Shown here piece by piece: positions 13,513-26,300 of a stretch of DNA of 64,000 nucleotides. The stretch comes from Eledone cirrhosa. Its lineage: Eukaryota. The position numbers and the translations under genes were made by a program. The stretch's first letter is position 1. Each line of letters starts with the position of its first letter. The stretch is from the NCBI GenBank assembly GCA_964016885.1, contig OZ024742.1:122574001-122638000 (forward strand). The letters run 5' to 3'. A model generated the notes under the pieces. That model was not told the origin of the DNA. It did no database searches and saw only the letters and a list, made by a program, of their open reading frames with translations.

Positions 13513-14059
13513 CACAAATAGGAAAGAGATAGCGGGGATGGGGTGGGGGCAGTGATACGTGCTGTCGTGTGTAGGGGAGGAATAGCTAAGAGAATCACTT
13601 ATACAAATTTATACATCAGACGATATGGCTGTACTAAATTGTTGAAAATTGGTACGTTTCATTTCATTAATGTAAGTTAGGTTGTCTTTTACACAGTTTC
13701 TTGGACATATTGTAGCAGCGATGATCATAAAAAAGATAGAGTGTTGAGGCTAAATCATTGCATTGAATTCATAATATTTTCACTTAAAGCTGGTACAGAA
13801 AATCATAGCCTGAAAACTCATACCAAAAATGCTACGAGGTGGCATCTACATGGCTGCACGTCCTACTAGAAGTAGCAGAAATAGAAAGAGCGATAAAGAA
13901 AAGTATGTCTTTGATCAGATGTTTATCCGGTAAAAGCGACTTGGTTCTAAACAGGAACAGCAACACTATTTACAAAAACAAAGAAAACAACCGCAAACGT
14001 GGAGGACTAGATTATTTTAAAATTATAGTTATGAAGAGAAAAAAATAACTTATGTATAA

Positions 14060-14502
14060 AAAAGAAATAAGATTTCGCTTCAAGCATAGCTTTATACAAA
14101 TATGTATAGAAATTTCGTATTTCTAAAGAAACACGGTTTTAGGTAGCCGTAGCTATGCAAGGCACCGCCGCTAACGTCCTCTGGTGGTGTCCAGAAGAAG
14201 CAAGGGTGACAACCGTCTATGCATTTCAGGCTTGGCTGGCCTTCTTCAGGTCTGTCCCTCCCACCGCTTGCAACTGCTGGACTTGAAAACAATCGAGAAT
14301 ATATAGTTTTCTCGTCTGTGTAAATAAGGTGATTTATCTTATTTACATATGAAGCAGCATAAGTTGGCTCAATTTATAGTAGAAAAGAAATAGGATTTCT
14401 CCTCAAGCATAGCTTTATACAATATATATAGAAATTTCGTATTTCTAAAGAAACACGGTTCTAGGAAGCCGTAGCTATGCAAACACCGGGACTAATGCCC
14501 TC
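14060..14502 (-). mobile_element. Terminally redundant ~323-bp HHR-bearing unit (retrozyme-like / PLE pLTR derivative)
   Basis: ~120-bp direct repeats at 14060-14182 and 14383-14502 (offset 323) with an HHR between them. Flanks are TA-rich. Confidence 0.75.
14212..14255 (-). ncRNA. Minimal type I hammerhead ribozyme, intact core
   Basis: Minus strand: acagac-CTGAAGA-AGGC-cagccaa-GCCT-GAAA-TGCA-TA-gacggt. Stem II is a perfect 4 bp, stem III is palindromic (ATGCAT), the cleavage triplet is AUA, and stem I is partly mismatched. Confidence 0.85.
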
Positions 14503-15191
14503 TAACATATGTATATATTTATTTGTAGGTAAAGCAAGAACACATATCAGTACAGAGCTCACGCGATTCTTTAAACGACAACTGTCAAAGCTTAACCTAG
14601 ACAAGAAATATATTGGAGAACCGTAGACTTGTTCACATCCCCCAGAAATTTGCAGTTGTCAGAATAATACATACTTACTTAATGAAGTAGAAGCAACAAT
14701 TTCCATTATAACATTAGTATATGTTACAATAAGAAAGAAAAACATGGAAATTATGTAAAATAATATAACATATATTAGAAGTCAACTATGAAAAGGCAAT
14801 TAGATACGTAAATACAACAAACACGCACCCACATATACATACTCATGCACATACAAACACGCCCCATATATATATGGGGTTGTTGAATATGACGCACGTG
14901 TACGTGATATTCCATTCTCGATGTAATTTCAGTAAATATCTCAATTAACTAATCGATTGAAAAAATAAAAGTAAAATCAATGTTTAACAGGGGAGGAAAG
15001 CTTACTCAATCGAGATGTCTTTCTGCAGTGTTTCTTATATATGTATATATATACATATTGGTAGAGCGTCGGACAGCATGCTTCACAGCAGAGTCTACGG
15101 CCCATATCTTTCTGAGTTTAAATCCCGTTGAGTTTTTGCTTTGCTCTCATCCTTACAGCGTCGATAAAATAAAGCCATGCTGTTCGGAGAG

Positions 15192-15228
<37 letters not shown>

Positions 15229-15340
15229 CGTATATACATAAACGAAGGAAGTGTGGTAAGGAGCCAGGAGGACCATAACGCACCAGAGCACTCGGTACTT
15301 TGGGTAGTAGAGCTCAAGCCGTCGGGGTTCTGACTCTTTT

Positions 15341-15381
<41 letters not shown>

Positions 15382-15602
15382 CCGTCGAAACGGCTTGAGT
15401 TCTGCCGTCAGGGTCATTCTTTTTCCTATATATATATATATATAGTTACTATTGGTTCACACGATTGAGCACTCATTGCCAATATAGGTCCGGCTGCAAG
15501 TGGCTTTCTACGTTTGATATTACACCGTAGTCAGTAACTTTAAGGAGCAGAATGTATATAATAATTATTCGCACCTCCTCATTATTATTATCATTATTAT
15601 TA

Positions 15603-16340
15603 GGGCGGTGGATTGGCAGTATCGGTAGAGGATCTGACTCCATGCTTAGCAGCATATAGTTACGGCCTTTGTGATCTGAGTTCAAATCCCGCCGAGTTTA
15701 ACTTTGCCTTTCATCCTTACGAGGTTGATAAAATAAAGTACCAGTCACTGCTGGCCTTGTGCCTATATATGAAACCATTATTATTAGAGCGGTGGTTTGA
15801 CAGTATCAGTAGATCGTCCCGACAACATGATTTTCGGCATTGAATTATGGCCCTTTACATTCTGGATTCAAATTCCGCTGAGGTTAGATTTGCCTTTCCC
15901 TATATATATACTAGAAATCATTATTAGGTCGTTGGATTAGTGGATTGGCAGTATCGGTAGAGGGTCGGACACCATATTTGACGCATAGAGTTACGGCCCT
16001 TGCCATTCTGAGTTCAAATCCCGCCGAGGTTAACTTTGCCTTTCATCCTTACGGGTTCGATAAAATAAAGTACCAGTAATGTACTGGGTATTTGCTGGCC
16101 TTGTGCCAATAGTAGAAACAATTATTAGGTCGGTGAATTGGCAGTACTGGTAGCGCGTCGGACAGCATTCTTCACAGCAGAGTGTTACGGACCATTACTC
16201 TTTGAGTTCAAATCCCGCTGAGTTTTGCCTCTTACAGCTTCGATAAAATAAAGCACCAGTAATTCATTGGTGTAGATTTAATCGACTTACCCCTCTCCCA
16301 AAATTGTTGGCCTTGTGCCTAAATCAGAAACCATTATTAT
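15603..16340 (+). mobile_element. Head-to-tail array of four SINE family A copies
   Basis: Copies start near 15603, 15788, 15926 and 16128. Each ends GAAA(C/T)(C/A)ATTATT and the next begins directly after that ATT tail. A further copy lies at 15055-15180. Confidence 0.9.
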
Positions 16341-17084
16341 TATTCTGTATATATATATATATATCATACTTGACACATTTCTAATGTATATACTGGAAGA
16401 GACTTGTTTTTGTAAATGTAGATCATGTTGGTGCTGTGTTTCTAATTAAAACCATGGGATATGTATGACCAACGAGTATATACAAATAGTTAATGCTTAA
16501 CAAAGCCTGGCAACAACAGAGGGTGCAGTTAAAATACACGGCAAATTATACTGTAATTGTTTTATACGTCACAGGATAGGTAATAATAGATGTATACAGT
16601 ATTGAACACTGGGTAAATAGATAAAAATATATATACGTATGAATAAGAAAAATAAACGAAATCAATAGCTTTGTATGAACGACTAATTTTACTGTTCCTT
16701 CACAAATACTACAAATTGAAAGCAAGCAGTGATTTTCGAAAATGAGAAAAAAAATCAGAAAGTATAAGGCATTTGTTTTTTTCACATATGGTTACTCCTT
16801 TCCTCCGATTGAGCAAAGTACATTTAAAAGGAATAACTAAACATGGTAAAAAGAGACATCAGATTATAATAGCGCATATGGGTGTGACTGCATATGTTTT
16901 GCATGTGTATCCATGTATGAGCATGTGTGTTTGTGTGCTTACGCCTCTAATTAAGCGATTTTGCTTTTCTGTTTCTGTTAATTCACTCTGTATTTCACTT
17001 TTATTATAGCTACACCTCACTATATGCTGTCAAACGTGACAGCGAATTAACCAACCGAAACATCTTATATTATACATTAGAAAT

Positions 17085-17530
17085 AAGGGCAGTAGGTTGG
17101 CAATATCGATAGAGCTCCAGCCAATATGCTTTGTGGTATATAGTTATGTCCCTTTACATTTTGAGTTCAAATACCGCCAAAGATAGCTTTGCTTTTCATC
17201 CTTTCGGGGGCGATAAAATAAAGTACCAGTAATAAACTATGGTCGTTTTAATCGACTTCCCCTCTCCTCAATCATCTGGCCTTTTGTCTATAGTAGAAAT
17301 CATTATATATTAGAGATAAGAACCGTAGATTGGTAGTACCAGTAGAGCACCAAACCGTATGCTTTGCGGCATATAGTTACGTTCTGAGTTCAAATGTCAC
17401 CGAATTTAGATTTGCCTGTCATCCTTAAGGATTCGATAAAATAAATTACCTGTAACACACTGGGTCGATTTAATCGACTTTCCCCACTCTCCAAAATTGC
17501 TAGACTTGTGTCTAATCAGAAACCATTATG
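17085..17530 (+). mobile_element. Two tandem SINE family A copies
   Basis: Same core and tail as the other family A copies. Confidence 0.85.
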
Positions 17531-17804
17531 TATTATGTATAAGAGTGGTTGGCTGTTTGTATTGGCAGAGCAATCATTAAATTAATCAGAGACCATTTCA
17601 TATTAGAGATAACATCTCGCTGTCCGGGTTCGCGTTCGTCATTATAAGTTCTCTTCTGTATATTATATATTCAACGCAGTTGTCTTTTAATACCATACTC
17701 TAATAATGAGCAATACATATAAATGATTCATCGTCAAAAGATGAGCTGGATATGTTCTTTTTTAGATATTAATCGCTTTTTAATGTAAGTTATCTTTATA
17801 TAGT

Positions 17805-18090
17805 GCAGGCAAGTGGACAGATTATAATTCTATTGAACGTGCGATCACAATGCCATGCATTTGATTCTTGGACTGGGTTGTGTGTTGTATTCTTGAGAAA
17901 AACCCTTTATTTCCTGTTATTCCATTATAATCAGCTGAAAATGAATACCAGCAATATTTTAAGTAGTGTTTAAACCTGCGACGGTCTGGTTTCCCGTCCA
18001 GAGGAGAGTCTTGTTACTCCGTGCGCTTAATGCAATAGAAACCGGGATAAGCACCAGCAGGATGAGCCTCCGGGCTTGAGACAGACTTTA
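17805..18090 (+). mobile_element. SINE with family-B-like head and a different tail
   Basis: Decayed tRNA-like head and TTCTTGAGAAAAACCCTTTATTTC core. The tail GAAACCGGG..GATGAGCCTCCGGGCTTGAGACAGACTTTA also occurs at ~5655-5712 (-) and ~37438-37490 (+). Confidence 0.65.
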
Positions 18091-19541
18091 GAGTCATATT
18101 TATAAGCTACAAGTTCTCATAAGATTTGCCATAGTATTTGTAGATGTTTGTTTCATGGAGAAATAGAACATTATTTTAACGAATATTCCGATAATGAAAA
18201 ATAATCGGAATTATTGAATTGTTTTAATATCACAACCACATTTTACTGAGAAATATCATACGACAACCGATACTTATGGGTTATCCATAACAGGACAGAT
18301 AGTCAAATATCCAAATAATGTAGCGTTCCAACAATATTTAAGGAAATTTATCCGTAGCAACTTTCCGTGCAATTGAGTGTTTTACTTACCTGACACATAG
18401 GACAATGAAAACAGAATAAATGATTATGTGACATATTTTCTTTTATTACTTATATTTCACTATATTTATTAGCGTATATTATTTTATATACTGTCAGGTG
18501 CTTTCAGCTTAAATAGTCTGAATAATCGATACGGTGAGTATCTGTTCAATAATTTTAAGCTTCTATTTAAACTTGAACTCATCCAGCTGCCAAGAACATC
18601 TGTTGAATCAAAGTTGTTGAATGGATCAGGTATATAGGCCCTGACACAAGCACTTCAGAAAAATTGCTTAAATTTGTTCAAAACATAAATTGTCGTCAAC
18701 GTATTACAAATGAAGTTTTATACGGAATCTTGTCTAAGATAAAAACTACAATTGCTCAAAGACATTTACGATTTTCAGGATATTGCTGGAGAAGTAAGCA
18801 GTAAGTTATAAACAAGCTATTATTTTGGGAATCATCTCACGAGAGATGCAGTAGAGAAAGACCTGCTCGAACCTTCATCGATTAACTATCAAACAATAAA
18901 AACCTCAGTAACGAGCAGGAGTAATGGACAATTGTGAATTGTAGAGACTTTGTCAGGAATGTTTGACCGTGGATGCAATGATGACAATTTAAACTTTAGT
19001 TGTTTTCTTTTTGTTTTGGCACTGGCTTCAATGAATGAGCCGTGGCTATAATGGATCACTGCGTTCAAGGATTCAGCTGACCATTTGTAACTTGGTACTA
19101 TATTTCAGCCTGGTGCTCATTTTATCCAGATTTTAATTTCAAATCGCTGAGGATATAATGTATCACCATCTCCCGTAAATGGTAGAGTGTCAAATCTAGG
19201 CAGACATAATACGCAGAAAACTCATGTATAATGCAGTATGACAAGGTGACGAGATATAATTTTTGATTATTGACCTGTAGAGAGTAGTTGTGACGTATAA
19301 TGTAAACAAACACGGAAAGCTTATAAGTATTAACGTGTTAATACTATAGTGTCGATAACAGTGACGAGCAAAGTGGTGTCACATAACCATATATATATTT
19401 GGGAGGTGGACTCAGTTGTTTGAGAGTTCAAATGTCTCACAGGATGTCTCGTGTATATCTGTAAATAATAGAGGAAATTCGATAGTTCAAGCTATATCAT
19501 CTCCAGCTTTAAAAAACGCACAACGACACATACACACACAG

Positions 19542-19623
<82 letters not shown>

Positions 19624-19642
19624 ACACACACACACACACATG

Positions 19643-19711
<69 letters not shown>

Positions 19712-19712
<1 letters not shown>

Positions 19713-20622
19713 TATGTGTAAATATGAGAATAAACATGCTGCGGAGTTGCAAATGGGTTACATATGAATAAAGTGGTCCTTCATCAGTGATCTTCCAACC
19801 ATCATCGGTATTTCTTCGCTTTAAAGACCATATACCTCCGGTTGGTGCGAGCAACGGCTAAAGAAAATCGTTGGGACATGTAAATACAGGGAACAGCGAG
19901 AGTGTAATCAAACAAAGATGGTGAAGCAACGAAAAGTGAACAAGAACGAGCCAAGTCCCAAATTTCCATGAATATAAGTTCGGTGAAATCGTGAACGGGA
20001 GAGAATAAAGACCATCAAACCTGGTTGAAATGTGAGCAGGGAAGGAATTTCGCACAGGTCTAACGGGAGGAAGAAGGAGTCTAGTCCATGAATTCGGTAA
20101 ACATAAGTTCTGTGAAATCGCAGACGAGAGAGAGAAAAAATGCCGACCGGCCTGGCCAAGCGTGCGAAAGAAAAGAATTACGCACAGGTCAAACGGGAAG
20201 AAGGAGGAGGAGGAGAGGTAGTAACATAGAGTGAGTGAGTGAAGGGTGAGGAAGAGGCTAACAGAGAGAGTGACTGTTAGAGAGGGTAAAGATACAGAGA
20301 AAGAGGAAGCAGTAAGAACGAAATAGACGGGTCACAGCGGGGGAAACAAATATGTGTAAATATGAGAATAAACGTGCTGCGGAGTTGCAAATGGGTTACA
20401 TATGAATAAAGTGGTCCTTCATCAGTGATCTTCCAACCATCATCGGTATTTCTTCGCTTTAAAGACCATATACCTCCGGTTGGTGCGAGCAACGGCTAAA
20501 GAAAGTCGTTGGGACATGTAAATAAAGGGAACAGCGAGAGTGTAAACAAACAAAGATGGTGAAGCAACGAAAAGTGAGGAAGAACGAATCAAGTCCCAAA
20601 TTTTCATGAATATAAGTTCGGT
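19712..20622. mobile_element. ~910-bp non-coding element with ~270-bp terminal direct repeats, inserted in (TA)n
   Basis: 19713-19984 and 20351-20622 are near-identical (offset 638). Internal ~130-bp sub-repeats lie at 19970-20080 and 20100-20210. TA repeats flank both sides. Confidence 0.85.
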
Positions 20623-20624
20623 AT

Positions 20625-22270
20625 ATATATATAAATATTAATTTGATTAAAAAAACACGAGGCCAGATTGGTGATATCCGTTTAAAATGTTTTTGTTACA
20701 AAATCATTATATATATTTAAATAGCCTAGTTACGTAAGACCGTGGCGATATCATCAGTAGCGGATTACATAATTAGTTAATCAATAAAAGGAGTTACAGC
20801 AAGCAGGAACAGAAAACAGAGAGAGTATTTAATTAGGAGATGCAACCCCCCCCCCCCCCGCGAAACCAGTGTTATTGTTGCGGCAATGATCTGACAACAT
20901 ATATTTCTGTAAAAGAATCAAAACATTGAATTTTTCCGGAAATTCATATTGAATTGATTATAAAGAAAGTTGAATGTATGGCTAAAATATTGAGTTGAAG
21001 GTAAAGAATGACAGTCACTACTAAGGTAAAATATATCACATTTTGTAGATATAAAAGAACGGATATCAAATGAAGCTTTTAGTAACAGTCCTAAGTGTGT
21101 TAGTGTTCTGGGCAAATGTATGTCGATCTACTTAGTCCTCTCTTGCAAAATCTTGCCCGTCTTAAGTTTGATATTAATTTGAAGTGACGGAATTTATTGA
21201 AGATCTCTGCTCTTTATTAGATGCCGTCTGAACTAAATAGTCATAGGTCTATTGACGTCAATATGTTGAGATTTATATAAGCTGTACAGATTCCAAGTTT
21301 ATATGCTATATATCTATGTGGCTCACATCTTTTGGTGATCCTTTAATTTATATTGATTGCAGTGGGATGCTCTTTCACAGACCACACATAATTAGACAGT
21401 TACCATCCACGAATGCTTGTCGCTACTGGAATAGTTATAGGAGGACGTAACGAAACTATTTGTATTCTTTATTTTTCTGTGCTTTTACATGTGCAGTATG
21501 TCTATTGTTTTTAGTTGGATTAATTACCCTTATGTTTTGATATTATTTATGCAGTGATAGCTGAAATTTAGGGTATTTCTGTGAATATTGTTTTGTAATG
21601 GGTTTGATTGGAAAATTATTATTTATTAGGTGTGTGGTTGTATTCCTATGTTTTCCGATTGTATATTTAAATGGAAAGGACGTGTGAATGAGAAGCTATT
21701 TTGAGATATTTTCTTGTTAATGGGTGGCGGTTGGGATGTATATATTTAATCATATATTCACATGGACTAGTGTTTACTGATTTGTGAGAGTTTGGTACAA
21801 CAAGATTTGTTATCTGACGAAGTTTAGTAGAGTTTTTCTGCTTTTATGATATATTTGGTTCTCGGTAAATAGGAGCATTGATGATAATCTAAGCTAATCG
21901 AAGTTTGTATTAGATTTGCTATATTCTATATGTCAATAGTAATTTTGAGGATAAAATCTAAGAAATTTATGGCACTCATGTTATTGGTGACAGTTATTTT
22001 CAGGTCGAAACTTTAAAAGATATTGATTAAATTTTGCATACGTTTACCTAATGTGTATCTGTTAGAAAGTTGTGATATGGTCAACACATGAACCCTATAT
22101 AGTCATATTTCTCTTGTAGTAAATTTCTCAAGTATATCTGCAATAAACAGATTGCCTAGATTGCATTTCCCTCTGCAGTCGGACAACTAATCGTTAATGT
22201 CAAAAGGAGAGCTAGTCTCTGCTCTTTAATTCCAGGTAGAATTTTTTTAATCAAAAAATCCAGGGTTTTC
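20625..22270 (-). pseudogene. Decayed Penelope-like (Naiad-type) element: RT core, thumb, EN C-terminus and 3' region with HHR remnant
   Basis: Minus-strand fragments in the expected order: FDI.., xLYR.., NLINIFxSFDLKITVTNNMSAINFLDFIL, LINNNFP..TLNFSYHCINNI, RAEIFNKFRHF. An HHR-like CTGATGA..stem..TAAA-TATA-TA lies at 20704-20760. Confidence 0.75.
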
Positions 22271-22394
22271 CTGTCGCCCGTGGGGATGTTTGTATCATTG
22301 TCTACTATATATTGTATAGTATATAAACAAATTCATAGGGTCCAAATTTCAGCTCAGGTAATGGGTAGCAAATTGGGTATAAATTCGGAGCCCG

Positions 22395-22461
<67 letters not shown>

Positions 22462-22674
22462 GGGGAGAGAGGGGGAGAGAGAGAGAGATAACGGTTGAAA
22501 GGAAAAGAGATGAGGCTAGAGTTTGTAAATTTAAGTTTCCAGAATGCAAAAAATGTATTTTCACACATATTTCAAACCGGACACACATATACACGTTCCG
22601 ATACCTAGATGTCGTCGGATTCTGAAATACATTAGCAAAGGAGCACTAATGCATTTTTATACATAAATTTCATA

Positions 22675-22885
22675 ATGGTTTCTTATTTAGGTACACGGTT
22701 ACCAATATTGGTGCGGGGACAGTGGATTACATCTATCCCAGTGCCCCACTGGTATTTAATTTTATCGACTCAGTAAGAAGGGAAAACAAATATAACCTCA
22801 ACTGTATTTGAACTCAGAATGTAAAGGGACGTATATGTATGTCGCAAAGCATGTTGATAGATGCTCTACCGATACTGCCAACCCA
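22675..22885 (-). mobile_element. SINE family A
   Basis: Homology to the other family A copies. Confidence 0.8.
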
Positions 22886-22997
22886 CATTTAATAATTTGT
22901 ACAATCATATGACTTATATGTGCGTTTTTATTTGCTGATCCATCAATAATTTAATCGGAATTCCATTAATTGAATCCTCGTTTAGATATCCTATTAA

Positions 22998-23212
22998 GGC
23001 GCGTGGCTCAGTGGTTAGAGAATTGGATTCCAATCGTAAGGTTATGAGTTCCATTCCCGGACCGGGTGCTGCGGTATGTCCTTCAGTATGAAACTTTATT
23101 TCACGTTGTTCCTTCTACCTGGAGTTGCGACCGTTAGATAGTATTAGCAATTGGAAAGACCTACAGAAACATTGTTTCCTCGGCTCGATTTGACGAAAGA
23201 CGATCGAATGTC
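22998..23212 (+). mobile_element. tRNA-derived SINE family B
   Basis: GGCGCGTGGCTCAGTGGTTAGAG A box and GAGTTCCATTCC B box. Colinear with 12978-13189. Confidence 0.85.
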
Positions 23213-23320
23213 GATTAAATATCCTTTATTATTATACATCTGCTTCCGTCATTTACATACACTATCGAAGAAAATACGAATCCAATCAAGTAAATAATAA
23301 TAATAATAATAATAATAATA

Positions 23321-26300
23321 GTGGTTGAAACACCATATTTACAAGGAGGAGGATAGCCCACTGTGCAGGATCTGTGGAGAGAGAAGAGACTGTGGCTCAC
23401 ATTCTATCCGAGTGTAAACACCTAGCCCAGACTCACTATAAGGGCTGGAGACATGATGTGATAGGCAGGGTGATCCACTGGCACCTATGCAAAGTAAACA
23501 ATTTACCACATTCTGAGAAGTGGTATGAGCATAAGCCAGAGGCGGTGATAGAAAACGATCAGGTGAAGGTGCTGTGGGATTTTAGGATACAGACGGACAA
23601 GAAACTGGAACACAATAGACCTGACCTGGTGGTTGTGGACAAAGATACGGCCACTGAGGAGGTGAATGCTGATGTGCTAGGACAAGATTTGGTTAATATC
23701 CTAAACTTAGTGGTAGATGAATTGAACAATGATAGTGGGAGACCTATGAACCTAAGATTTGTAGACAGGAAAAAGTTAAAAGAAACAACAGCTAAGGTAA
23801 ACAAAGTCATCCCATACCTTGAGGCGAGGAGTCTTCACCAGTGCAACAATATCCTCAAAGCAACAGCAAATACGGTGATGAAACTACTTGGTATAAAAGC
23901 GAGAGGAAACAACAGACAAGAAAGAGCAGAGCCTTGGTGGAAGAAACGACTGAATGGTCAAATCAGGGAAATGAGAAATGACATTGGAAAGCTTGAGTCC
24001 CTACTGAATGGGACACTAAAAAACATAGACACTAAAAATAGACTGGAAATAAAGTACAAAACTAGGAGGAAAAAGCTAAATATTATCATAGAGGAACTGA
24101 AGCAACGCATTGTAGCAAAGAGTGCAAAAATCAGGCGATACGAGAACAGGGTCAGCCAGTATAGTCAGAACCGCATGTTCGACAACAACCAGAAGATGCT
24201 GTTTGGACAGCTTGAAGGGTAAGAAAGAATCAACGACTTGATCCCTGAAGCTGAACAAAATAAAACATTCTGGAGAGGAATATGGGAGCAGGATGTTAAA
24301 CATAATGACCAGGCAGTGTGGATTGAGACAGTACAGAAGGAGATTAGTGAACAGGCACACCAACAAACTGATTTGAGTATCACAGTTGAAACTCTTAAGG
24401 GGCAGGCCCAAAAAATAACCAACTGGAAATCACCAGGCCCAGATGGTGTGCAGGGGTATTGGATTAAAAATATAACATCCCTCTACCCGAAACTGACAAC
24501 TATGTTCAATGACTGCTTGATGTCAGGTGAGGTACCAGAGTGGTTGACAAAAGGTACCACAGTTCTGATAATGAAAGACCGAATCAAGGGTAATGATGTT
24601 ACCAACTATAGACCTATCACATGTCTGTCCGTAATGTGGAAACTGGAGGAGATCTACAATCACCTCCTCACAAAAAACTTGTTACCGGATGAACAGAAAG
24701 GATGCCGAAGGAAGACCCGTCGTACAAAGGACCAGTTACTTATTGATAAGATGGTAATGAGGAATTGCAAGCGGAGACACACTGGTCTTGCCATGGGATG
24801 GATGGACTAAAAAAAGGCATTCGACATGGTACCTCATTCTTGGATAATCAAAAGCCTGGAGATCTTCAAGGTGGCAGATAACATCAGACAGTTGTTGGGC
24901 AAAAGTATGAAGTCCCGGGAAACAGAGTTAACATCAACTGCTGAATCCTTGGGAAGCGTGAAGATCAAGAGAGGTATCTTCCAGGGAGATAGTCTGTCCC
25001 CTCTGTTGTTTGTCCTTGCCCTGATGCCCCTGACCAGTGTACTGCGAAAGGTGAGAGCAGGATACAGGTTGGGAAAGGGAGGGCCTACCATCAATCACCT
25101 CCTCTTCATGGACGATTTTAAGCTCTTCGGGACGAGTGAGAAGGAGTTGGATGTGCTTGTTGACACTGTCCGTATTTTCAGCAATGATATATGTATGCAA
25201 TTTGGTATTAGTAAGTGTGGAGTCATTGTGATGAGGAGGGGTAGGTTGAGCAGAATAACGGAAACCCAGATACCAACAGGTAAGATGATAAAGGAAATTG
25301 ACTCTGAGGAAGGATACAAGTTTTTGGGCGTTCTGGAGGCTGATGACATCAAGAACAAAAAAATGAAGGAATTGATAAGAACTGAATACCTTCGGAGAGT
25401 AAGGAGCGTATTAAAGTCACATCTGAACAGTAGGAATGCCATAAGTGCAGTAAATTCCCGAGCTGTGTCTATTATTAGGTATAGTGCGGGAATTCTGAGA
25501 TGGAATGTTGCTGAACAAAAAGAAATGGATAGGAAGACTAGGAAGCTATTGACTATCTACAATATGTTCCACAAGAGGAGTGATGTCTATAGACTCTACT
25601 TAAGGAGATCTGAAGGTGGAAGAGATCTTATTAGCATAGAAGACTGTGTTCAGATGTAGAAAACAACCTACACAAATACGTGACTGATAGTAAGGAGCCA
25701 ATGCTCAGAACTGTACTGAAGGAGGGGACAATAGGCCAGGGGATGTCCAAGGAGGAAATAACATCAAGGAGAAAGAGCAACCTTCAGGAAAAATCCCTTC
25801 ATAGTACCTTCTTTGAGAAAACTGAATTTAGAGATCCACAGACATGGAACTGGTTGAAAAGGGGAGACCTTAAAAAGGCTACAGAAGGAATGTTAATGGC
25901 TGCGCAGGAGCAGGCCCTCAAAACGAAGTGGTTGAAACACCATATTTACAAGGAGGAGGCTAGCCCACTGTGGAGGGTCTGTGGAGAGAGAGAGGAGACT
26001 GTGGCTCACATTGTATCCGAGTGTAAACACCTAGCCCAGACTCACTATAAGGGCTGGAGGACATGATGTGATGGACAGGGTGATCCACTGGCACCTATGC
26101 AAAGTAAACAATTTACCACATTCTGAGAAGTGGTATGAGCATAAGCCAAAGGCGGTGATAGAAAACGATCAGGTGAAGGTGCTGTCGGATTTTGGGATAC
26201 AGACGGACAATAAACTGGAACACAATAGACGTGACCTGGTGGTTTTGGACAAAAGAAAAAAGATCGTGCCTGATTGTGGATGTGGCCTGCCCTTTCGACA

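Noticed and set aside
15603-16340. Repeat-spacer-like periodicity (CRISPR-like)
   Set aside because: The units are ~200-bp SINE copies, the context is eukaryotic, and there are no cas genes.
22998-23065. tRNA gene
   Set aside because: A and B boxes are present, but there is no complete cloverleaf and the sequence continues into a SINE body found in several copies.
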